NCBI GenBank assembly: GCA_951406725.2
Contig: OX597827.1
Coordinates: 17,174,001 to 17,238,000, forward strand
Source of the DNA: Octopus vulgaris
Taxonomy: Eukaryota
Length of the DNA: 64,000 bases
Direction: 5' to 3'
The translations under genes were made by a program, and so were the position numbers. This document shows positions 1-14,831 of this stretch, in pieces (within the stretch, counting starts at the first letter, position 1; the number at the start of each line of letters is the position of its first letter). The notes beneath the pieces were generated by a model that did not search any database, was not told the origin of the DNA, and saw nothing but the letters and a program-made list of their open reading frames with translations.

Positions 1-393
1 GAGTGACTTGGAGTAAGTCCTCAACACCACCGCCCTCTCTTCACGGTCTTTCAACCACTGTTTGGGTGGTATAATTTCCCACACGAAAACATTGTCTTTT
101 TTCGTTGCCATGTTATTGTTTTAGCAATTCGAAAATAGTTCAAAATAAGACTTAAAAAGAGAGAAGAAAAAGAAAGAAATCAAAAGAAAGGCATAATAAA
201 ATGGAAAGAGGAAAAGGAAAATTATTAAGTGATGTCGTGTAGCAGTAACAAATCCTTCTCGATGGGATTGCGAATACTTTAGCGTATATGTTGTCATGCT
301 ACTTTCTACAATCAGTAGTTTAAATATTCGGTACTGCGATATTAAAAGTTACGATTCCAGACGATAAAGTTTGTAGCAATACAGATACGCGCG

Positions 394-438
<45 letters not shown>

Positions 439-823
439 TTATTCATATATGCTCAGATACATATGTGCCATGTGCGAATTTACAATACTGTGTGTTTCAC
501 TTCACGTCAGTCACAATTGTATTTAAACCGAAAATATCTCAAAGTATCTATCTACATTGTATCTTATCATGTACGTGTATGTGTAACATACGTATAGATT
601 TAACCAACCTAACGCTCTATATCTGTATACCCATCTGTATGTTTACAGTGATTCATCGAAAATTCGAAGATGGCAAACAGATTTCGTTGGTAAGCCTGGA
701 GCCATTATTTTCCTGTCTCGAAACTGAGCTTATATGCGTGTGAAATTTAACTCTTGGCAAGTGAGATTATATGTGTAACTAATATCCCATATTACCATTG
801 AATTTATCTCCATCCATCCATCC

Positions 824-928
<105 letters not shown>

Positions 929-1200
929 CCTATCTATCTATGCGTCTATCAGATAGACATTAAAATATATAGATAACTACGTTTATATATCTATCACTAT
1001 ACATGCATGTATGTACGTATGTATGTAAGTATATACGCATAAATATACGATATATATACGATATATAAATTTTTGTTTTATATATATACAGGCATATATA
1101 TACACATATACATAGACATATATATATATATACATCCATATGCCAATATATATACATACAATATATAAACATTATTATATGCATACCTATTTATATATAC

Positions 1201-1231
<31 letters not shown>

Positions 1232-1276
1232 CATAGATATATATATATACATATATATATACATATATATACATAG

Positions 1277-1450
<174 letters not shown>

Positions 1451-1896
1451 GTATGTTAACATGTGGCGTGTTTATAAGCGTGTATGTATACATGTATTCT
1501 TGTTCAATCAATTCGAATATGATAATAATCGAAGCATACATCCTTTCTTCTTACGTTTCTATCCTATTTTCCGTTTCAATATATCATACCACTATATTTC
1601 CTTTCTTTGTTTCCTTTTTTTCCTTCTGCTGCCGACACTGATTTGTAGCTTAAAAAAAAGTTTTAATGAAAAAAAAAAATAAAATGCTAAAAAGTAAAAC
1701 TGAATGTGTATTCGTATGAAATAAAAAAAAAAAAAAAAAAAAACCGTTATGTTCAGGGATAAACAATAGTTATATTTTCTTCCACAAGTTATCATGTCTA
1801 ATGCGCACATACAAGAGATATGAACTGACACATACTCACACAATACACACATATATATGATATACCTTATATACTTTTTATACTGGTTTGTGTGTG

Positions 1897-2013
<117 letters not shown>

Positions 2014-2038
2014 TTATATATATATGTATATATATATG

Positions 2039-2070
<32 letters not shown>

Positions 2071-2114
2071 TATAAGTAATACTAATAATAGGGTTTAGCA
2101 CACCCTTTTATTAT

Positions 2115-2207
<93 letters not shown>

Positions 2208-3007
2208 TATATATACTCATTTTGTGTATTGTTTCCTTTTTGATATGATAAACAAACAAAAAAACTCCATCCAGTGACAGATAAATATTATTTCATATGC
2301 ATAGGATTTAGATGCGAGGTACTATAATTTTCTCGCCTCTGATAATACAATAATCGGACGAATTTATATAGTCTAGTGTGTACTATCGGGCCATCTTTTA
2401 GGCACAAAGAATTTCGAGCTTGAATATTTGCCTGATAATAAATGCCATGCTATAAAACTTTGTCCAACTACTGTATTATCAAAGGTATAGATTGTATAGT
2501 AGTTTGCATTTACACACCATGTATGTATGTATGTATGTATGTATGTATGTATGTATGTATGTATGTATGTATGTATGTATGTATGTATGTATGTATGTAT
2601 GTATGAATGTATGTGTGTCCGTTTCTGTGTATGTGTGTGTGTGTGGATTCAAAGAATAATACAGATTTCACATTAAGCTCTCCGACAATTGCATGACTAG
2701 CAATAATGGCCATAGTACAGGTTAGGGTAAATATTAGTCACTGGGGTGGTTGTAACACATTTATTCTCTTCTCCAACACTGTTGGCCCTATGCCACATTT
2801 TGAAACCAATATTAACGCATGTATCAAATTGACATTTACAAAAATATATAAATATATATGAATATGTATATACATATATAGTAGGGTGCATATTTCGCAA
2901 CTAACAGTTTAATCCTCAGAACGACACGTACTGTTTGTGGGTATTTTTTCAAACACCTTATATTCTGGGGATTAGTATGTTGGTTCTATATCAGCACACT
3001 TCTATAT

Positions 3008-3317
3008 GTGGAGGCACATTGCCTAGTTGTTAGAGTAGCGGACTTGCGGTCGAGAGATCGCGGGTTCGAATCTCAGACCGGGTGATATATGTGCTTATGA
3101 GCGAAACACCAAAGCTCCACGCGGCTCCGGCAGAAGGTAATGGCGAAACTTCAGCTGACTCTTTCGCCACAACGTTCTCTCACTCTTTCCTCCTGCATCT
3201 TGCTGCTCACCTGCGATGGACCGGCGTCGCGTCCAGGTGGGGAACCTATACGCCAAGGAAACCGGGGAAACCGGCCCTTATGAGTCTGGCTTGGCTCGAG
3301 AAGGAACAAACAACAAC
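3008..3317 (+). mobile_element. tRNA-derived SINE (family C, V-domain-like body)
   Basis: A-box-like TTGCCTAGTTGTTAG, B-box GGTTCGAATCT, body GCGATGGACCGGCGTC...GAAACCGGG; similar copies at 60659 and 63584. Confidence 0.85.
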
Positions 3318-4074
3318 ACTTCTATATAAATGTAGATTAGAAGGTGGATGCAATATTTTTCATAGTTAAACATGGACCTCAAGTTTCTCAAATTATAAAA
3401 ATTTATGTCAAGTCAATCAAATTGTAATGAAGGTCTAAGTTGTTCTCTAATTATTTTTGCTTCACAGAACAATTTTCCTTCTGCTTCACAAAATATTTTT
3501 CCTTCGTGGTAACTATCCTAAATATGATTTTATATATTGGTCGGTTCGACCAGATAAATAAGATATACAAAATCTTTTCTTGGATGATTAATTAAGGCAA
3601 ATACCTAACCCAGTCTGTTTTCACAGTTTGAGTTATTTCCCCTTTTTTTTACAGAGGATCATTCTACCGTACGTAGAAACGCGATCGCAAATTTTACAGA
3701 ATGTATGACGCATTCACGCCCGACCCGTTCCACATTTTTTGTATTCATGTTGATTTCATTTATTTTGCATTTGTTTCCTGAATTTACGCTCCTAGGGGAT
3801 TTACTACAATTTAGGCCTCTAATTCCTTGTGTAAATTGTGACTTTAGTTGTATGTTAAAAAGATCTTTTTAATTGTTTTATCACGTTAACATATAATTCT
3901 ATTTTGTGACTGTAAACTTTGTTGACGGTATCAATTCCGTGTGTCAGTTGCTTTATTAGATTTGACGAGATGGTTGTTATAGATATATATATGCCTACAT
4001 ATACCTGACTATATACACGCGTTTACAACTATATGTATGTGTATGTGTATATTTGTGCCTACATGTACGTATAC

Positions 4075-4163
<89 letters not shown>

Positions 4164-4317
4164 CGTATATACATATATATACACATGTATATGTATATAT
4201 ATATATATATATACATAGCTAGATGTATATAAACACACACACATATATATATTGTGTATGTGTGTGTATGTGTTTGTATATATATAATATATATATATAT
4301 GTATATATATATCTATC

Positions 4318-4356
<39 letters not shown>

Positions 4357-4455
4357 ATATGTATATACATATATATGTGTGTATACAAATATATATATAA
4401 TATATATATATATATAAATGTATATATGTATATACATATATATATGTGTGTATAC

Positions 4456-4489
<34 letters not shown>

Positions 4490-4514
4490 AAATATATATA
4501 TATATAAATATATG

Positions 4515-4551
<37 letters not shown>

Positions 4552-4570
4552 GTGTGTACACATATATCTA

Positions 4571-4633
<63 letters not shown>

Positions 4634-4639
4634 GATAAT

Positions 4640-5170
4640 TTGGCTTTTAGGCACCAGTTCATCGCATATGTAATCATTTGGTATACTTTCTTTGAATTAT
4701 TTGCTCTCCAACTAGTTTCTATTTCTTCACATCTTTCGTTAAGCCAAACATATATGTTTCCCTGATCTAATTTCCGTTTCTAATTTCCCACTGGCCAAAT
4801 TTCATTGCATTTCTCTTCTACCGTTTACGTATCGATTGTTTTTCAGATCTCTTCTTTCATCACGCCTGATTAACACATTTTTATTTATCCAACTATACTT
4901 AACTTTCCTCCATTTACCAAGAAATCTGTCGACTTCCATTGTTTCTGTTTCTTCAATGGTTCCTGTAAGTTCTTGAACATTTGCATCTAATACTAATAAA
5001 GGTGCGAATTTTCCCTCCTCTCTGTGCATCAGCGTTCATGTTCCTATACATTTTCATGTTATGCTATATTCTTGAACTCCTCTTAATCTTATCTAATTAA
5101 CGCTTAAGTGATAATTTTGCCTTATTAAAAGCTCACCACTGCTATATCTGAATCTGTAAGATTTCAAGGT
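4640..5170 (-). pseudogene. Decayed RTE-like LINE ORF2 fragment (end of endonuclease and linker)
   Basis: ORF 4802-5029 KYSWINKNVLIRRDERRDLK resembles the LINE linker K.WI.....ERR.K; colinear with fragments at 8500-8600 and 9050-9200. Confidence 0.55.
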
Positions 5171-5184
5171 ACGGCTGAATACGC

Positions 5185-5591
5185 TTTACTCTTTTACTCT
5201 TTCAATTGTTTCAGTCATTTGACTGCGGCCATGCTGGAGCACCGCCTTTAGTCGAGCAAATCTAGTCCAGAACTTATACTTTGTAAGCCTAGTACTTGTT
5301 CTATCGGTCTCTTTTGCCGAAGCGCTAGGTTACGGGGACCTAACATCGCTTGACAACCGATGCTGGGAGACAAACACAGACACAGAAACACACACACACA
5401 TATATATACATATATATATATATATATACGACGAGCTTCTTTCAGTTTCCGTCTACCAAATCCACTCACAAGGCTTTGGTCGGCCCGAGGCTATAGTAGA
5501 AGACACTTGCCCATGGTGCCACGCAGTGGGAGTGAACCCAGAACCATGTGGTTGGTAAGCAAGGTTCTTACCACACAGCCACTCCTGCGCC
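5185..5591 (-). mobile_element. tRNA-derived SINE (family A, internal microsatellite)
   Basis: Head GGCGCAGGAGTGGCTGTGTGGTAAG, tail GGTGCTCCAGCATGGCCGCAGTCAAATGACTGAAAC plus GTAAAAGA repeats; more than 10 copies in the window. Confidence 0.9.
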
Positions 5592-5645
5592 TATATTCTG
5601 GATATAAATATTCTTTTCATTTCGTTTGGAGATGAGAGTAAAATG

Positions 5646-5690
<45 letters not shown>

Positions 5691-5954
5691 GTTATGAAAG
5701 CTGTATACTTATCACGAAATTCTTCCCCAGGGTTTCATGTTCCCGTTCGTCGAACATTTGTGATGAATTCACCGCAACAATGCCTACGAACGCAACATAA
5801 AACTCTGAGAAACAGATTTGTAATATTTTTGCAGCTTAAATAAAACCATATTACTTTACTTTTAGTATTCCAGTACTATTTTTTCATCCTGTTTTGCATT
5901 TATGTGCTTACTTGTGTGTGAGTGTAGACACAAACACACACAAACACACACACA

Positions 5955-6008
<54 letters not shown>

Positions 6009-6277
6009 CACACACATGTTAAATCTATCAATTTTTTCATGATAACAAAATATCTCAACAATTCTTCAAGTCGATCATGTTCGAAACTTGGCGTTCGTCT
6101 CCATTTTTGTTATATATATATATTTTGTGAAATAGAAAGATGAATAATCTTGTTGCAGATTAATCAAAAGTTTAACCGATACCTTGGTAGCAAAAATCAC
6201 AGCAGAAGACAGCACGGTTGGAGGTACAACCATATGGTGTTGCAACCGTGCGTTGGTGCGGATAATTGAATTTTAAT

Positions 6278-6667
6278 ATTATTAGTGAATTGAAGAAATG
6301 GAGTTGAACGAAGATTGAACAGAAATCGTTTTATTGCATTCTACACATGTTTCGAAAGGCACAATTTACCAAATTCCGATTGAATAAGAAGACCATATTG
6401 TGTCTTTCTCTTCAGGAAGAAATAGGAAATCCGTTGGAAAAAACAACCATGGGCTCTTAGGAGCCTCGTTCGATTTGTTTTGCTCCGCCTCTGTTCTGTT
6501 TTTGTTTTTTCCAACGGATTTCCTATTTCTTCCTGAAGAGAAAGACACAATATGGTCTCCTTATTCAATCGGAATTTGGTAAATTGTGCCTTTCGAAACA
6601 CGTGTAGAATGCAATAAAACGATTTCTGTTCAATCTTCGTTCAACTCCATTTCTTCAATTCACTAAT

Positions 6668-6670
<3 letters not shown>
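6278..6670. mobile_element. Fold-back element with ~170-bp inverted arms, each with a hammerhead motif
   Basis: 6278-6446 is the near-perfect reverse complement of 6502-6670; (TA)n on the right. Confidence 0.8.
6530..6609 (+). ncRNA. Type I hammerhead ribozyme motif
   Basis: TTC-CTGAAGA-GAAAGACACAAT...ATTGTGCCTTTC-GAAA-CACGTG-TA-GAA; palindromic stem III; mirror copy on - at ~6339-6418. Confidence 0.8.
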
Positions 6671-6721
<51 letters not shown>

Positions 6722-6724
<3 letters not shown>

Positions 6725-7095
6725 AAATTTATGGGAAATCAAAAGACAAAGACAGGTGTATGAACAACAATCAGATGTATTAGTTTGACGCTCGGGAAAG
6801 TGAGAAAGCCTTTTATGTTTTGAGCCTACACTCTTCAACAGAAAGGAATACGAGAAAATAAACAGAGAAAATGAAAAAAACCCTGTAGGACCGCTGAACT
6901 CTGCACATTTTCTCTCTCTGTTTTTTTTTTCATTCTCTCTCCGTTTTTTTTCCTCTGGATCATTTCTGTCAAAGAGCGTAGGCTCGAAATGTAAAAGACT
7001 TTTCCATTCTTCCTGACCGTTAAACAAATACACCTGCTTGTTGTTCCTTGTTCCTACAACTCTCTTCGTCTTTTGTCCTCTGAAAATTCAAACTA
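6722..7095. mobile_element. (TA)n-flanked inverted pair of a minimal-hammerhead mini-element
   Basis: 6722-6870 (-) and 6910-7095 (+) are homologous; decayed HHR cores at ~6810-6846 (-) and 6963-6997 (+). Confidence 0.65.
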
Positions 7096-7097
7096 TA

Positions 7098-7129
<32 letters not shown>

Positions 7130-7150
7130 GAAAAGATAAGATAGCTAGCA

Positions 7151-8064
<914 letters not shown>

Positions 8065-8624
8065 ATTATTTTATTTATCCTATATTATATCAGTATAACC
8101 ATGATGCAATCTTTAAAAGCCGATCTACTAATCAATATCATTAGACGGTTATATATATTCTCCCAATTTCTGATTCATTCTATACTACTTAAATCCATGA
8201 TTACAAATTTTACACAAAACCTAAGACGTATTCAAGCCCGTCCCTGTTTCAAATTTTCTGCATTTGCTTGTCAGCAAAAAAAACACAAAGGTTCTGTATT
8301 TATGTTACCTGCATTCATGTACCCGTAGGATTTCTTATACTTTGGTTCCCTAATTCCTTCTGTAAATTCTTGTTAACTTATTTTTCACTGCAGATTCAAG
8401 AAACTTTCGACTTTCTTGTAAAACTTTTAGCACGTTAAAATATATATGTTTCTATATTTGTGACTGCAAACTTCTTGGGGAAAGAAATTGCTGTATCGCA
8501 AGATTATGCTGTTTGGAAAAATATAAAAACCCAACTAACCAGATTTGATGGCTTTTGCTGAGTATTGCATTTGCTATAATTTCCTGCTGCTGTTTTGCAA
8601 TATATACATATGCATATATACATA

Positions 8625-8728
<104 letters not shown>

Positions 8729-8798
8729 AGGAGAAAAGATACACATACACACACATATATATGCATTCATATATACATATACATATATATATATATAC

Positions 8799-8829
<31 letters not shown>

Positions 8830-8890
8830 TGCATATACATATATATATATATACATATACATATATATATATATATATATACATATATAC

Positions 8891-8999
<109 letters not shown>

Positions 9000-9004
9000 T
9001 ATAC

Positions 9005-9035
<31 letters not shown>

Positions 9036-9049
9036 TATATATAACTAAA

Positions 9050-9200
9050 TTCTCTTACAACTCTCTTATTAGATTTTCCCTTGCTATGTTTGTCAATCGT
9101 TTCGTTCCATCCATCATGACTATTCGAAGAAATCTTTCCATTCCAGTCACCTTGGATTGTCACTATAGCTTTTTTCCATTTCTTTTCTTTGTCTTTGTCT
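9050..9200 (-). pseudogene. RTE-like LINE APE endonuclease fragment
   Basis: [33 protein letters not shown] matches the GDWNAKIG...W....G..NERG pattern. Confidence 0.65.
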
Positions 9201-9633
9201 TTGTTTCACATCTGTTTTTCTTTTCGTAGACATTGACAGACATTCTCTATTTCTTCCTTATAAGAAAATCCCTCGTTGCAGCATAAATTTGGATGATTAA
9301 GATGTCGTATGGCTTAGCTGCCAGTCTTATTGCACATACTCTGCGAACCGGTGTGCAATCTATTAGTGACATTTAAGAAATTTTACGCATCTTGAGGCCT
9401 ACGCCATTTTTCATTTTTGCATTCCTCCTTCTCACTAAATCATATTTTATTCTCATTATCTGTCATAAATCTTCCACATGTTACCGATCTTGCTTCAGCA
9501 ATCCCATAACATTCTCAAAATACATTCCCTCGCATAAGTTTGGTTTTACGCTTTCAGGATAATAAAATGTTCGAATATTCCAAGTTTATAAATCTTTTAA
9601 TTGCTTTTTACGACAGAGACAGGGAAGAACAGA

Positions 9634-9699
<66 letters not shown>

Positions 9700-10017
9700 A
9701 GAAGAAGACGAGAGACGGAGAGAGAAATAAGAAGAAGACGAGAGAGAGAAAAACAGAAGCAAGAAACTTTATTGTTTGAGATCCCGAGCGTTCTTTTATC
9801 ATATGAAAGCTTTAATATCGTCACTATGGTGTATATCAGCGGACTGACAACCTGACTATATCTCTCCCTTCTGCAAGTATCACTGTCTGCTTGTATCTTC
9901 ATGAGCGGCTCCTTCTCTGTTTATAAATTTGAACTGTAACCCTGTTAACCCGGTTCTCTTAAAACTGGTATGGTATATGGTCATAAAAGCACTCATACAC
10001 AAATACACACACACACA

Positions 10018-10059
<42 letters not shown>

Positions 10060-10073
10060 GATATATTCATGTA

Positions 10074-10129
<56 letters not shown>

Positions 10130-10218
10130 TAGAGAGATAGATAGACTGATAGATAGGTATACGTATATACATGTACATATAGATATATATACACACATAC
10201 ACACACACATATATATAC

Positions 10219-10297
<79 letters not shown>

Positions 10298-10649
10298 CAC
10301 ACACATTTAAACACATACATATAGATGCACATGCATATATAAATGTTCGTGTAACTGCGAAATCTCCAGTTTCGCAACAAGAAATAGGAGAATTTCCTTT
10401 TTTTTAAAGTCGAAGTAAAAGTTATTTGTAATATAAGCTCAAGAATGCTGATAATGAAGAAATCGGAATAAAAGAAATAAAAAATATGATTAAGTCAGTT
10501 TGAATATTAGAAAGAATGTAAGATTTGTGGATAAAGAAAGGCAAGTTTAAACCTGAAAGTTTCGAGGAATAAAAACGAAAAGTGACTAGCGCTGTTTGAA
10601 GAAACGATAAGAAAGCGAGAGCTGTCAGGAAAGATTGGGTCATTAGTGG

Positions 10650-11000
10650 AGAAGTTAGATAATACGTGATGAGGATAACAAGTATGTTATAACACCACTG
10701 GATTATATAGCAGGTAATTTTGTTATTGCAAGAAATATCATGTGACATATTGGCCAAATAATTGAGATTAAGAGAGGGTCTGTATTTTCTATAGTAATGT
10801 TAATTATGAGTCATTTAGAGAGGAGAGCAAGACAATTAGATAGGGATTAAGAGGTAAAATTGAAGAATTATATTTTAATTGTATAGAAGAAAAGAAAATT
10901 ATTGCCAAGATTTTTTGGTAAGGGAATATAGCGAAATTGCACAAGACACCTTGTAAAATTAGATTTATAGCTGGCGCAAAGAAAAGTACGAACAGACAGA
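10650..11000 (+). pseudogene. Penelope-like reverse transcriptase N-terminal fragment
   Basis: KLHKTPCKIRFIAGAKKST at ~10934-10990, with KYVITPLD upstream, matches PLE RT motifs (P.DK..N / PKLHK.P...RFIA). Confidence 0.6.
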
Positions 11001-11310
11001 AACTTTTAGCTAACGAAGCGTCGTCTGCAATTATATGTTAGATATTGTAAAGCCATTTGCCGAAGATAAGTTATCTGGAACTTTCCTTTGAGATTTGTCA
11101 TAAATCTATAGTTACTAATGTGTACAATGAGGCAAGCGAGAATAGAATTACAGTAGCTACATTGTGTTAGGTAAATAATTGCACGCCTTGCAGTGTACGG
11201 TATAGACCCTTTGCGGCGCATGCGCTAAAATTTGGAAAGAATCTTTAATGTGAAGTGAATTTAGTGTTTGAGGTTAATAATAATCATGTATATATATCTA
11301 CATAATTATC

Positions 11311-11384
<74 letters not shown>

Positions 11385-11406
11385 AATCTATCTATCTATC
11401 TATCTA

Positions 11407-11439
<33 letters not shown>

Positions 11440-11477
11440 GTATGTATGTATGTATATACATACATGCATACACACAC

Positions 11478-11550
<73 letters not shown>

Positions 11551-11553
<3 letters not shown>

Positions 11554-11871
11554 CCTCGGGCCGACCAGAGCCTTGTGAGTGGATTTGGTAGACGGAAACT
11601 GAAAGAACCCTGTCGTATATAGGTATATATATATATGTATGTGTATATGTTTGTGCGTCTGTGTTTGTCCCTCTAGCATCGCTTGACAACCGATGCTGGT
11701 GAGTTTACGTCCCCGTAACTTAGCGGTTCGGCAAAAGAGGAACCGAAATATTAAGTACTAGGCTTACAAAAAATAAGTCCTGGTGGTCGATTTCCTCGAT
11801 TAAAGGTGGTGCTCCAGCATGGTCGCAGTCAAATGACTGTAGCAAGTAAAAGAGTAAAAGAGAGTAAAGAG
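11551..11871 (+). mobile_element. SINE family A, 5' truncated
   Basis: Same body and tail as the 5185 copy. Confidence 0.85.
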
Positions 11872-11951
11872 TATACGTATGACTAAATTTATATGTATGT
11901 CTGTGTATTTGTGTTGCATACGATGTGATGTTAAGTGATTGATACATCACT

Positions 11952-12387
11952 TTTACTCCTTTACTCTTTTACTCTTTTACTTGTTTCAGTCATTTGACTG
12001 CGGCCATGCTGGAGGACCGCCTTTAATCGAGCAACTCGACCCCGGGACTTATTCTTTGTAAGCCCAGTACTTATTCTATCGGTCTCTTTTTGCCGAACCG
12101 CTAAGTGACGGGGACGTAAGCACACCAGCATCGGTTGTCAAGCGATGTTGGATGGGACAAACACAGACACACAAACATACACGCACACATACACATACAT
12201 ACATACATATACATACATATATACGACGGGCTTCTTTCAGTTTCCGTCTACCAAATCCACTCACAAGGCATTGGTCGGCCCGAGGCTATAGTAGAAGACA
12301 CTTGCCCAAGGTGCCACGCAGTGGGACTGAACCCGGAACCATGTGGTTGGTAAACAAGCTACTTACCACACAGCCACTCCTGCGCCT
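11952..12387 (-). mobile_element. SINE family A, full length
   Basis: Complete head to tail; tail-to-tail with the 11551 copy. Confidence 0.9.
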
Positions 12388-12729
12388 ACTGGGTACAAAA
12401 CGTCGAGCGCACCGTCACTTTTCATTTCACTTGCATAAGATATGTAGATCTCCCACCTTTTTATAATTATTTGTCAGGTAATAAGTCCAATGTGTTTAAG
12501 ATTTCTTATAAACTAACATTTTAAATATATATGTGCGGGTATATTTTTGTGTAATTATCCAGTCTAAATTGAGGAGCATATTACTGAGTAGCTAGGGATT
12601 CAAGGACCCACAGTTATTTATTACCTTGCCAAAATATCTGAGGGCCCTTAGGGATCTTCATTGAGTAGGGGTAGATGTTTTCAAGAAGCGCTTGCTCTCC
12701 TGCTGACCAAGGTCACAGATGAACCTATA

Positions 12730-12962
12730 CCTATTTCTTTACTACCCACAAGGGGCTAAACACAGAGGGGATAAACAAGGACAGACAAACGGATTAAGTC
12801 TATTATATCGACCCCAGTGTGTAACTGGTACTTATTTAATCGACCCCGAAAGGATGAAAGGCAAAGTCGACCTCGGCGGAATTCGAACTCAGAACGTAAC
12901 GGCAGACGAAATACGGCTACGCATTTCGCCCGGCGTGCTAACGTCTCTGCCAGCTCGCCGCC
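12730..12962 (-). mobile_element. SINE family B (Nin/Deu-domain-like)
   Basis: GGCGGCGAGCTGGCAGA head; GCCTTTCATCCTTTCGGGGTCGAT..AAGTACCAG core. Confidence 0.85.
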
Positions 12963-13205
12963 TTATGATGAACATATACCATAGCAAGAAACTCAAAACA
13001 GAGCAGCTGTGTAAAACCCCCTGCTTCACCAAAAGCCAATCGTATAAGAATGGCCACGGAAAAACTGATTACACTCGCGGTGCTCCAACATGGCCACAGT
13101 GTTTGCGCTGAAGCATACAAGAAATTTAAAGAAATCTCTTTCAAATACTCTAGAGTGCATGAAATTAAAATTGTATATTTACGTATCACTGCATAACTAT
13201 ATATA

Positions 13206-13242
<37 letters not shown>

Positions 13243-13269
13243 ATGTGGAGTGAGCACGTGTGTATTTTT

Positions 13270-13494
13270 TTCAAAAGGGCCAAGCCCATTCCGGAGCTAT
13301 TGGTTCCCATGGTCAGATTCCACCCACTTCCATGGGACGCCGCTTCGTCACAGGGATACTCGTTTTTGCTAACTGCCTGGAAAGGAGCAGCGTGGAAAGC
13401 AGTGCTTTGCTCCAGAAGACAACATAACGTACGGTCCAGGAATCGAAACCACAATATTACGATCACGAGTGCAAAACTTTAACCACTAAGCCAC
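13270..13494 (-). mobile_element. SINE family E, diverged
   Basis: GTGGCTTAGTGGTTA...GGTTTCGATTCCTGG; homologous to the 32610 copy. Confidence 0.7.
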
Positions 13495-13618
13495 GTATCA
13501 TAAACGTATGTATTTATGTATATACACACAGATACGCACATACATGCATGCATACCTATGTTGATATATATATATATGTATGCATGTATACTTACATATA
13601 CGTATATATATATATATT

Positions 13619-14356
13619 AATTAACAATTGAGGATAAAATCTTTAAAAGAAATTATCAGTAGTCAGCGTGAAAAACCTCGTAAGAGAAAAAATCCGTAAA
13701 ATCTTCCTCTTTGAAAATATTCATTTATATTATATTGAGGGTACTACTATTCGTAGATACCAACACGCTAAGAGGGACCAATGCGGTCAAAACTACTATA
13801 ATAAACAAAATTTTACCGAATGCAAAACTTCAAAACACATCATTTTAAAAAAGAATTCAGTTACATATCACATGTGATTTCGCATTTAATGCAGAATATG
13901 CATTTCATGTTCGTCAGTGCAACAAACTCAAGAAATATAGGAGAAAACATAACATTACAAGCTCGATAGCCAACCGTAGAATTCGTCGTAGCATGTACGA
14001 ATGTTTATCTTTACATATCTATGAAAATGGCGGGCTTATTCGCAATGCATTTCGGAAACAATTTGTCTAGTCGGAATAAAAATTCAGTATTGAACTATTC
14101 CGGTGAAAAATATAAATTAACAATTGAGGATAAAATCTTTAAAAGAAATTATCAGTAGTCAGCGTGAAAAACCTCGTAAGAGAAAAAATCCGTAAAATCT
14201 TCCTCTTTGAAAATATTCATTTATATTATATTGAGGGTACTACTATTCGTAGATACCAACACGCTAAGAGGGACCAATGCGGTCAAAACTACTAAAATAA
14301 ACAAAATTTTACCGAATTGGTATCTACGTGTTGGTATCTACGAATAGTAGTACCCA

Positions 14357-14360
<4 letters not shown>
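13619..14360 (-). mobile_element. Hammerhead mini-element with 496-bp period and inverted leader, in (TA)n
   Basis: 13621-13821 repeats at 14117-14317; 14318-14360 is inverted; homologous to the 48834-50205 element. Confidence 0.8.
13861..13922 (-). ncRNA. Type I hammerhead ribozyme motif
   Basis: TTGCA-CTGACGA-A-CAT..ATGCA/TGCAT..ATGC-GAAA-TCACATGTGA-TA-TGTAA. Confidence 0.8.
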
Positions 14361-14424
<64 letters not shown>

Positions 14425-14831
14425 GATAAAAATGGATGCATGGCGTTCTATCATATAATAATATAAATAATATATAAATATATATATATATATATACATA
14501 CATATATGTACATACCTACATATATATGTATATATACATGCATATATGGGTACATATGTCCTGTACCCACATATGCCTATATATATACATATATATGTAG
14601 GTGTGTACATATATGTATGTATCTATGCATATGTTTATATATTATATATATGATATATATATATATATATATATCAATATCAATAATACATATGTATCTA
14701 TGCATATGTTTATATATTATATATATGATATATATATATATATATATATCAATATCAATAAGATTGTTTCTTGTCAGGAACAAAAAGATTAATAGGACTG
14801 CTATAGAAGTGCTCTCTTGAAAGAGACAAAA

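Noticed and set aside
3008-3085. tRNA-like sequences here and at 32610, 52048, 60659 and 63584
   Set aside because: They are SINE heads continuing into repeat bodies, not stand-alone tRNA genes
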